Under the pieces are notes generated by a model. That model saw only the letters and a list, made by a program, of their open reading frames with translations. It searched no databases and was not told the origin of the DNA. Made by a program: the position numbers and the translations under genes. A stretch of 64,000 nt of DNA, taken from assembly GCA_951406725.2 (NCBI GenBank), contig OX597819.1, positions 37,014,001 to 37,078,000 on the forward strand, written 5' to 3'. The stretch's first letter is position 1. Each line of letters starts with the position of its first letter. Shown here in pieces: positions 54,063-64,000 of this stretch. The DNA is from Octopus vulgaris. Its lineage: Eukaryota.

Positions 54063-55213
54063 ACATACATACATATAGAAAAATACGTATGGTTATAAAG
54101 TTAAGTTTCTCCATAGAAGTGAACATTTCATTCAAAATCAGAGGCAGAGTATATTTATTGACAATTGCTTCTCCACCCAGATTTGCGATTTAATTGTAAT
54201 AATTGTGCACTTGATTATCTTACTAAATTCGTGAATTGTAGTTCTAAAAATCTGGAGTAACCAAACAAGGAAATGTAGCTAATGATACACTTCACAAGTA
54301 CAACCTATTATTGGAACAGTGAAAATATGCAAAACATTTCTAAAATTCAGCGATTAAATTCTTATTCTTATCATTTAAATTCCAATGATTTTATGAGAAA
54401 CTACCCACTCACTCTTCTTTATGGAATGAATTAATAAAATTTTGAAAACAAGAAGACATACATGCGCAATATGTGCATGCATGCATACATATTTGTGGCT
54501 GAACTCTGATCATCCGCATTAAAATTATACTTTTCTCATATGTAGAATCTCTGCAACATTTCATGTAAGTATTGCTAGTGGTAACTAAAGAGGTATGCGC
54601 AAAGAAAGCATGTGCTTTTCTAAATCTCTCTCGAGTTTATTGTAAACCAGATTGTTACTGTACAGAAGATTCCGCTAGTTCTAATGTAATATAATCACAT
54701 TAGTTGTAATCTAACTGTAATAGTTTTAATATTTAGTTACAAAAATAATACATAATAATCTACACAGAGCTTCAAAGCCATACTATACGGAGGTTTTGTT
54801 ATTATCTTATCCTTCTGTCGATGTAGCGAATAAAAGGAAAATACAAAAAGCTATTTTGGGTTATATAAAAACAGGGTGAGCACCACGTGTACGCGCGGTT
54901 ATGCTTAAGGTTCAGGTATGCGTATATATTGTAATAAAGTAATGGAGGAGAAAAATATAGACATATGTGCGTTTGTGTGTATGTGTACGTATATGTGTGT
55001 GTGTGTGCGTGTGTGTGTGTTTGTATGTATGTACGCATGTATGTGTACATATATATATAGATATATGTTTGCCTGTATTTATGTCCGTATGTCCGTATGT
55101 ATGTGTATGTATGCATATGTGTATATGCATGTGTATGTGCGTGTGTATGTATGTGTGTATGTAATAGAAACTATAATAAAATATTGAAAACTAGGTAAAT
55201 GTTTATACATACA

Positions 55214-55256
<43 letters not shown>

Positions 55257-55285
55257 TTGTTTCAGAAAGAAAAGATTTTATTCTA

Positions 55286-55324
<39 letters not shown>

Positions 55325-55330
<6 letters not shown>

Positions 55331-55622
55331 GGAAATAAATCCAAACTTACAGGGAAAAATTAGATTTAGGATTAAATCCAATTTTATAGTATAAATATAT
55401 TATATTATGTTATATTAAATTAGAGATAAAACCACTATTAGGCAAATCAAACAGTGAAAAGCATAAGCCAATGCATAAAATTAATTTAAAAATATAAAAG
55501 TTAAAAATAAAAAATTATTTCAATAATTTAAACTTATAAATTTTATATATATACAAATATATATATGTATATATGTATATTTTTATATTTATATATTATT
55601 TTATTTATTAATTTATTTATTT

Positions 55623-55655
<33 letters not shown>

Positions 55656-55970
55656 TATATATCAAAAGTATTAAAAGTTTAATAAAAGATAAATAAGTCT
55701 TTTATTAAACTTTTAATACTTTTGATTTATATAAAAAGAAATAAATAAATAAATAAATAAATTAATAAATAAAATAATATATAAATATAAAAATATACAT
55801 ACATACATATATATATATATTTGTATATATATATAAAATTTATAAGTTTAAATTATTTAAATAATTTTTTATTTTTAACTTTTATATTTTTAAATTAATT
55901 TTATGTATTGGCTTATGTTTTTCACTGTTTGATTTGCCTAATAGTGGTTTTATCTCTAATTTAATATAAC
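55325..55970. repeat. AT-rich long inverted repeat (arms about 280 bp) embedded in (TA)n
   Basis: 55409-55690 pairs with 55698-55970, with a very short central loop. Confidence 0.85.
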
Positions 55971-55971
55971 A

Positions 55972-56046
<75 letters not shown>

Positions 56047-56057
56047 TATATATATTA

Positions 56058-56422
56058 TATAAAATCCGTTCTGTGTGTGTGTGTGTGTGGCTTCTAGGAT
56101 CTCGGGTATCCTCCATCCGATTGTGCTCAAATTTGATTTGTAGATATCGACGGTATCAGGGCGTATATAAGTCTTGAAAAAATTGCAAAAATCGATTCCA
56201 AGTGAGAATGCGATCGATAAAGCCGTGAGAAATCGATTTTCTTTGGAATAGAAAAGAAAGTCTATCTTTATTTCTTCTTTTGCTGGTGTCTCAAATTTAG
56301 GTAAAATCAATATTTCTCAAAAGGGAGGCCTCTGGGACGGTCGGACAAGTTGTTTTGAGAAAATTTGGTTTAAATGTTTGACAACTCAGCACCTTGCATT
56401 GGACGGGGGGGCGTTTGCTCGT
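56058..56422 (+). mobile_element. Possible non-autonomous Helitron/Helentron-like element
   Basis: TATAAAATCC start, (TG)n, CCGATTGTGCTCAAATTTG motif and GC-rich end with CTCGT; degenerate. Confidence 0.4.
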
Positions 56423-56463
56423 ATATATATATATATATTGCAATTATAAAGAATAATCTTCTA

Positions 56464-57111
56464 CTAGTGGGACCCGTGAATATTTCACGGAATTAATGGT
56501 AAACCTACTGGGTTATTTCTGAAAACTTTATCCATAAAACCTGAAAGCGTAGCCTGTGTTGTGTCTGTATGGAAAGATAGTCACTCATCTGCTGACCATT
56601 GAAAAGTGAAGGAAATTTGAAATACGATGATTACTTAATACAATTTATATATATGCTTTATCTACTTTATGCACAGTTTTATAGACTTAATACACAGCAC
56701 TTATAAAATTAATATCCACTCACATTTTTATAAGCATAAAAAATATAAGCATAAAAAATATCCTGTACATATCATACGGCTTTTAGCTAAATTGCATATA
56801 TCTGCGACGTAAATAAGAGTGAATATGCGCATGCGTTAAGTGATAAGTGATATAAAAATACTTAATTCAATTTTTAAAATACACTTTTCACTATCCAATC
56901 ACCACCACCATCACCTCCACCACCACCAAATCCATCTCCACTACCACCAGCACCACCACCATCATCATCTCTCCCCCTCATGCAATTTCTGTCCCTCCTA
57001 TCTTCTTCCTGTCTCTCCTCTCCTATTCTCCACCTCTCTCTCTCTCTCTGCCTTTATTTAACCTCACATCTTTGCTAAAATTATCACGTTCCCCCTAACT
57101 CACATCGTAAA

Positions 57112-57151
<40 letters not shown>

Positions 57152-57278
57152 CTTTTCTATATCCGCTCTCTTTTCGCTCTCTCTTTGTCTTTCTTCCCTC
57201 TTTTTCTCTAATCACGCGAAAGCGTTACCGACGGGCTAAGTAACGTAATGGCAAGCAGAATTATTTTATGAATATAGA
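56464..57278 (-). mobile_element. Non-autonomous Helitron-like element
   Basis: Minus-strand 3' end: hairpin CCGTGAA-ATA-TTCACGG, 6 nt, CTAG|T. Putative 5' TCTATATTCATAAAA near 57278. Confidence 0.65.
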
Positions 57279-57470
57279 CTCACCAACTTAAAGATGGTGT
57301 ATGATTCAGAAACAAATATTGTGATCTACTGTTAAAGTTTGTTATCCTCCAGCTTCGTGTTATATTATTTATATATTAATCTTATGCATAGAAGCATTTC
57401 ACATATGTATCCAGCCCTTAGAGCTTTTACATGCACATAATGGCTTTTTAGCCGAATAATAGTATATCAG

Positions 57471-57565
57471 TCTCTTTTGCTGAAACGCTAAGTTACGGGG
57501 ACATAAACGCACCAGCATCGGTTGTCAAAAGATGGTGGTGGGACAAACACAGACACATACACACT

Positions 57566-57656
<91 letters not shown>

Positions 57657-57810
57657 ATGACGGGCGGCTTCCAGTTTCCGTCTACTGAATCCACTCACAA
57701 GACTTTGATCGGCCCGAGGCTATCGTAGAAGACACTTACCCAAGGTGCCAGTGGGACTGAACCCGGAACCACGCGGTTGGGAAGCAAGCTTATTACCACA
57801 CAGCCACGCC
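57471..57810 (-). mobile_element. SINE family B with expanded internal (TA)n
   Basis: Head and body match the other family B copies. Confidence 0.88.
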
Positions 57811-57857
57811 TACACACACACATATACATATGTATGTATATATATATACACACACAG

Positions 57858-58352
57858 ACATGCAGGAAGTAAATAGACACCTTTAAGTTCCAAAAATCTT
57901 TTATTTGATACGCAAAACGAACAATTGAAATGTAATCGATAGTCAGGACTATATACTTTAATATTTAGTTGACATTCCCTTTGCAGTTTTTAATTCAGAA
58001 ACTCTTTTTGGCATTGAACTGATCAGCTTTGTGATTTTCTCTTGTGGAATTTCTGCCCACTTTTCACGCAATAATCGAAACAATTCATCTTCAGATTAAG
58101 GAAGTAGTCCTTGCTTAAATATTTCGATGTATTTTTCAGAGTTTATGGTTCGATCAGCTCAGAACGACCATTGCTGGTGACAGCTCCCCATACCATTACA
58201 GAGATACCACCATGTTTCTCAGTTGGTTGTAGTCGTTTCAAATCAAATTGTTGATGGGGAATCCTCCAGTCCCAAACACGTTCACTGTCTGAAAATAATG
58301 CAAATCTGGATTCATCTGAGGAAATCACTCTATCCCAAAATGAACTAGATTT
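57858..58352 (-). pseudogene. Internally deleted Tc1-like transposase 3' fragment
   Basis: SDESRF, QPTEKHGGISVMVWGA, W..IPQE.I.KLISSMPKR. Confidence 0.85.
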
Positions 58353-58363
58353 ACATAAATATA

Positions 58364-58779
58364 TAGATAGATAGATAGGTAGGTAGGTAGGTAGGTAGAT
58401 AGGTAGGTAGGTAGGTAGGTAGGTAGGTAGGTAGGTAGGTAGGTAGGTAGGTAGGTAGGTAGGTAGGTAGGTAGGTAGGTAGGTGGGTAGGTAGGTAGGT
58501 AGGTAGGTAGGATAGATATAAGCAGGAAGGTAGGTAGTAGGTAGGTAAGTAGGTAGGTAGGTAGGTAGGTAGGTAGGTAGGTAGGTAGGTAGGTAGGTAG
58601 GTAGGTAGGTAGGTAGATAGTTGGGTAGGTAGGTAGATAGGTAGGTAGGTAGGTAGGTAGGTAGGTAGGTAGGTAGGTAGGTAGATAGGTATGAAGGTAG
58701 ATAGATAGGTAGGTAGGTAGGTAGGTAGGTAGGTAGGTAGGCAAGCAGGCAGGCAGGCAGGCAGGCAGGCAGGTAGGTA
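58364..58779. repeat. (TAGG)n/(CAGG)n microsatellite
   Basis: Direct reading. Confidence 0.97.
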
Positions 58780-59849
58780 ATCGTAGCTCAGAGAAATTCT
58801 ACAATGTCGTAGTAAAGAGAATTCAGCTCTTATAGTTGGATATAGATACTGGTTTGTTGATGTTCGTGTACTTATCTATGAGACTAAATAGTTTAAAGTG
58901 CAATAGCTTTGTTCCATATTGAATAATGAATGGGTAGTAATTACTTGTCAAAGCATCTACATCAATGACCCCGGAGCTACTATAGTATAGTAGTGGTTTG
59001 CGATCAGAAATAGGATTTTTTTGTTAAAATTCTAAAGCTTAAATAAACTCTGGCATTTATTTTTGTTTTGAACTCTTTTGAAATTGTCCACAAATTTGCT
59101 AATTCTTCGACGAAGGAAATATAACTGTCACCTACTTATTGACTTCATCTTGACTTTTTTGCCTTCTAATGACTTTCCCGGGGCACTAGGGCGTTGTTAT
59201 AAATATGGGGAAACCCTTCACCTTCTACATTTAACCAAAGCTCATTCCTTTCAGATAAAAGGATAGAAACGTGAGAAAACAGAATTGATCCAGTTACAGG
59301 ACTATTACTTCATTTATCGACCGTAAAGGTCGAAGTTGGCCTTCACATTTACAAATATAGCATTATAAAAATGGATAAAATATTGAATAATTTAGTTCTG
59401 GATTGGTACACTTATCCTGAATGAAAACTGAACGCTGGTCATAGCGTAAATGACTTTGATAATAGATCTACTTGATTGAGGTTATCTTGGCGCTAAACAA
59501 CAATTATACATAAAGTAACAGTAGAAGCTGAAGAAAGTAATGATGTACAACGTCAGTAAAAACTAATACAAATAGCTCAAACGATGGAATATGTTTTATG
59601 CACTGAGGAAGAAGATAAGTCAAGCATTTCGAACACTTATTTCATCTTCCATAGAAGAGAAAGAATAAAGGCCTTATCACCAGATCCTATCACTTGGCTT
59701 TATCACTAGTGAAATAGGGAGTTCAAATAGTGTTGAGGTCGATTTTGACTTTTATCCTTTCGGGGTCGATAAAATAAGTTCCAGTTGAGTAGATATGTCG
59801 ATGCAGTCGATTAGCCTCTCTCTTGAATAGTTCGAACCTTGTGCCTATA

Positions 59850-60258
59850 CTCTTTTTCTCTTTTACTTGTTTCAGTCATTTGACTGTGGCCATGCTGGAG
59901 CACCGCCCTTTGTCGAGCAAATCGACCCCAGGACTTGTTCTTTGTAAGCATAGTACTTATTCTATCGGTCTCTTTTGCGAACCGCTAATTTACGGGGACG
60001 TAAACACACCAGCATCGGCTGTGAAGCGATGCTGGGGGGACAAACACAGACACACAAACATATACACACACATATATATATATATACATATATACGACGG
60101 GCTTCTTTCAGTTTCCGTCTACCAAATCCACTCACAAGGCTTTGGTCGGCCCGAGGCTATAGTAGAATACACTTGCGCAAGATGCCACGCAATGGGACTG
60201 AACCCGGAAACCATGTGGTTGGTAAGCAAGCTACTTACCACACAGCCACTTCTGCGCC
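59850..60258 (-). mobile_element. SINE family B, full length
   Basis: Head GGCGCAGAAGTGGCTGTGTGGTAAG, B box GGTTCAGTCCC, body and tail. Confidence 0.92.
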
Positions 60259-60504
60259 TATAGTAAAAATAATTATTAGGACTACTGAATGTTTTCTTAA
60301 CGTGGTGTTTGTTTCCTCATGAATCTGCAATATCATTTTGCTGTTTCAAGCGTGCAAGACTTTAGACCTTTCCTCTTCTACTTCTCTGTTCTCCATATCT
60401 TGCTTTCTTTCTCCTCTCCCCCTCTTTCTCCCTTTGAATCTAATATTTCGCTTGCTCTTTCCATTTCTTTCTCCCTCTCTCTCGTTCTCTCTTTCTCACT
60501 CACG

Positions 60505-60538
<34 letters not shown>

Positions 60539-60983
60539 ATCCCTCTCGCAAAATTAACGCATTCAATACTCCTCCTTTCATTCTATTTTATTTTATTTCT
60601 TAAAATAAATGCAATAAACAGTAAATACAAATAGCGAGGAAATATCGTGCAAAACCCAAGAAACCCAGGAATCAATATAATTCTAATACGACCAATACTA
60701 GTTTGTTTCTGTTCGCTCAATGACTTTTACCGATACAATGACCACTAAGCGAAGGCTTATATTGAACATCATCACGTATAAAATGGTACGTTGCAAAGCT
60801 CTAATATCAGCTCCGCAGTGAATTTTTCGTTTTTTTTTTTTTTATGTCAATGATACGAATTTCAGTCTCTCATTTCGCTTTTCGTTTTTATCTTCTTTTG
60901 CATTTCTCAGATATTTTCCTATCCGCGATCCTGTAAAGCAAAAATCTTTCTATCAAAACACTATCCATCTTTCTCCATCATCC

Positions 60984-61019
<36 letters not shown>

Positions 61020-61024
61020 GTCTC

Positions 61025-61181
<157 letters not shown>

Positions 61182-61446
61182 ATAGATAGATAGATATGTA
61201 ATAATATATGTAATATATATATATTTTACACATCACATCACAACACACCACTCACACACCCATCCCCACATTTTCACACCTACGCATACATACACGCAGA
61301 CGCCATACCACCAGCCTTCTTTCACACGCACATACGTACTCTCTTATACACGCACGCACCTTTGTGTTGGGGGGGGGTCATCTTTACTTTGTTATCTCCC
61401 CTACTTTACCTCTCGTGTGTGATCCTTCTGTCCGAGTTAGACGCCA

Positions 61447-61642
61447 TGATAGATCGTTAGCCACTACACACATTGTTTTCTCTCCTTGTTTCTCTCCTTG
61501 ATTTTTTCTGTGACCCTTTCTGTAGAGGAGCGTAGGCTCGAAACGTAAAAGACTTTTTCTATCCCTGGGTGTATTATACTGATACATCTGTTTGTTTTGT
61601 ACACCACCTGTCTTCGTCTTTTGTTTTTTTCGTAAACTCTCC
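61447..61642 (+). mobile_element. Penelope-like terminal repeat fragment
   Basis: CTGTAGAGGAGCGTAGGCTCGAAACGTAAAAG variant hammerhead-like motif; ends at (TA)n. Confidence 0.6.
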
Positions 61643-61705
<63 letters not shown>

Positions 61706-61999
61706 TATGTATGTATGTATGTATGTATGTATGTATGTATGTATGTATGCATGTATACATATGTATATATATGATCAATATGTGTGTATAAATATGCGTG
61801 AGTGAGTGTGTGAAGTAAACAATGGAATGTGATTCGTATCCGCTAAACATATTCTTTTCTTAATCCCATTGTTCATATTTTCATTTTAATTTTCATCTCC
61901 AACTCCTTCTTCTTCCTTATTATTATTATTATTATTATTAGCATAGTTGCTGGCATTGTTGGTATTGTACAGTGTTTCCTTCTTGAATTTCCATCTTTT

Positions 62000-62176
62000 T
62001 TGTTGTTGCTGTTGTTGTTGTTCTTCTACTTCTTCTCCTTCTTCTCCCTCTTCTTCTTCCCCTTCTTCCCCTACTTCTCCTTCTTCTTCTTCTTCTTCTT
62101 CTTCCTCTCTCTTCTCCTTCTTCTTCTGTCTTCTCCTTCTTCTTCCTCTTCTTCTTCCCCTTCTTCTTCTTCTTCT
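62000..62176. repeat. (TTG)n/(CTT)n low-complexity repeat
   Basis: Direct reading. Confidence 0.9.
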
Positions 62177-62204
62177 ACATCCCTTTTCCTGTAATACTCC
62201 TACA

Positions 62205-62630
62205 ATCCACTCTACTCAACACCACTCCACACAACAACATCTCGACACTCCCTACCTCCGCCACTCAATTCTCCATCGCCCCTCCAACAACGCTTCACTC
62301 TACACCCTTCCAGTCTGCAGCACTCAACTCTACACTACTCAACTCTACACCACTCAATTCTACACCACTCAACTCTACACCACTCAACTCTACACCACTC
62401 AACTCTACATCACTCAATTCTATATCACTTAACTTTGCAGTATTCAAATCTACACCACTCAACTCTACACTACTGAACTCTACAACACTCAGTTCTCCAC
62501 CACTCAACTCTGCAACATTCACCTCTCCACGACCCCATTCTACAACACTCTACGCCACTGCCTTTGACATAATTCCGTTCTCAGTTCTACACTACCACTG
62601 CGTATACCACTCCATTATACAACGCACTAT
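62205..62630. repeat. 15-bp minisatellite (CTCTACACCACTCAA) decaying outwards
   Basis: Clean units at 62321-62430; built from 5-mer subunits. Confidence 0.9.
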
Positions 62631-62778
62631 CTCACACATGAATCACTAAAATATTTCTAGAGATATGAATATATTTTGCGAGAGACACAATATTTAGACA
62701 ACATTACCGAGCAGTGAGTATTTAATAATAATAATTGCTTCTCATGCAATTAACAGTATGTATACAAATATATATTTA

Positions 62779-62836
<58 letters not shown>

Positions 62837-63453
62837 ACTTCATACATACGTACGTATGTATGTATGCATGTATGTATGTGGTGGGGTGTATGTATATAAT
62901 ATTAGTTTTGCCAAAAATGGCTTCTTCAAACTGTGATGTTTTTAATTATAAATATGATCGACAAGAAGGAGTAAACTGGAAAAATGCTGCCTGTGTATAC
63001 TGCTAATGTGATTATTAAATTAGCTAAGGAAATGAGTTATAAGGAAAGATAAATGGTAGGTCATAGCTGGATGCTTTCCATTTAGAACCCCCACCCAATC
63101 AAAACTTTTTTCTGCCACAGTCTACATCACACTTATACATCACAGTAGTGATTTATAAGAGAAATATATATTTAGACACATCGAGTAATCTTTCGACAGA
63201 AGTTGAAATATTGTCATTCATGTTAACTATGTTTGCATATCTCTCCGTATTTACATCTTAACAACACTGATACAAATAAATTAACGATTCATCGTCAACT
63301 CTCCCTTTTCTTACCTTATTAATTTTATCCATTATATTATAATAATCCATAACACATCATGGAGATTTTCTGCTAATGTGATGGAGATTAAACCAGTGAA
63401 ATTTTGGATTTATCAATCCCTAATGAGTATATGACACTCTTGAATTGACTGCG

Positions 63454-63502
<49 letters not shown>

Positions 63503-63913
63503 ATTCTTTTATATTTCTTTTTACTTGTTTCAGTCATTTGACTGCATCCATGGTGGAAAACATGTATGTATATACACATATATATTCGTATATACATATG
63601 TGTGTGTGTGTGGTGTGTGTGTACACATGCATACCTGCACTCGGTCAGCCTAACGAGTTACACCCATCACAAAACTATATCGATGGTTATCTCAAAAATC
63701 CAGAAGATGCCGTCACACTTCAAAATGAGCTAAACTTCATTCATTAATGGGAAGATTAAAAAGAAAATCTGAAATCCAATGCGTCAAAGTTTCGGATCCT
63801 TCCGATGGAAAGTTGTCAGGCTGAAACTCTGATGTCAATGTCACCCCTTTGCTTGTAAAAGTTTAATAAACAAGTGCGCTTTTACATTGGTACACTAATG
63901 AAGGAAGGAGGAG

Positions 63914-64000
63914 ACCCCCTTCGGTCATGAATGACCATGGGACTGCAACTAGAAAGTTACCCTCCGAGGCACAAGTCAGGGCAAGATTGTTTGTGGAAGG
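63914..64000 (-). mobile_element. Probable 3' end of another RTE-tailed element, running off the window
   Basis: CCCATGGTCATTCATGACCGAAGGGGG stem-loop resembles the RTE-type tail seen at 53734-53777. Confidence 0.4.

Noticed and set aside
53781-54074. Host C2H2 zinc-finger gene exon
   Set aside because: It is followed immediately by the retroelement tail shared with the short element, and it is bounded by CATA repeats with no splice sites. It is an RTE ORF end.
59823-60322. Recurrent ORFs similar to those at 2100, 50861 and 57522, suggesting a gene family
   Set aside because: All are translations of SINE family B copies.
62295-62522. VELSG pentapeptide-repeat protein
   Set aside because: Translation of a 15-bp minisatellite with no unique coding flanks.

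Overview
AT-rich, microsatellite-dense animal non-coding DNA. The repeat content looks like an Octopus-type cephalopod genome (inference). No intact host protein-coding gene can be supported, and nearly all ORFs in the track are microsatellite or SINE artefacts. The window is a patchwork of three tRNA-headed SINE families, two decayed mariner elements, Tc1 and Chapaev-type fragments, CR1, R4/Dong-type and RTE LINE fragments, Penelope-type terminal repeats with minimal hammerhead ribozyme motifs, a Helitron-like element and a TTAGGG-containing MITE family with 8-bp TSDs. The standout is the exact 5' end of an RTE-derived non-autonomous retroelement (53558-53615, minus strand). It can be drawn as a flavivirus-type class 1a exoribonuclease-resistant RNA (xrRNA), with every hallmark nucleotide and compensatory changes. 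A diverged second copy lies at about 1790, and a third copy is truncated exactly at the 3' edge of the fold. This suggests a retroelement that defines or protects its 5' end with an Xrn-blocking knot. The comparison uses recalled xrRNA consensus and manual folding, not a computed search.
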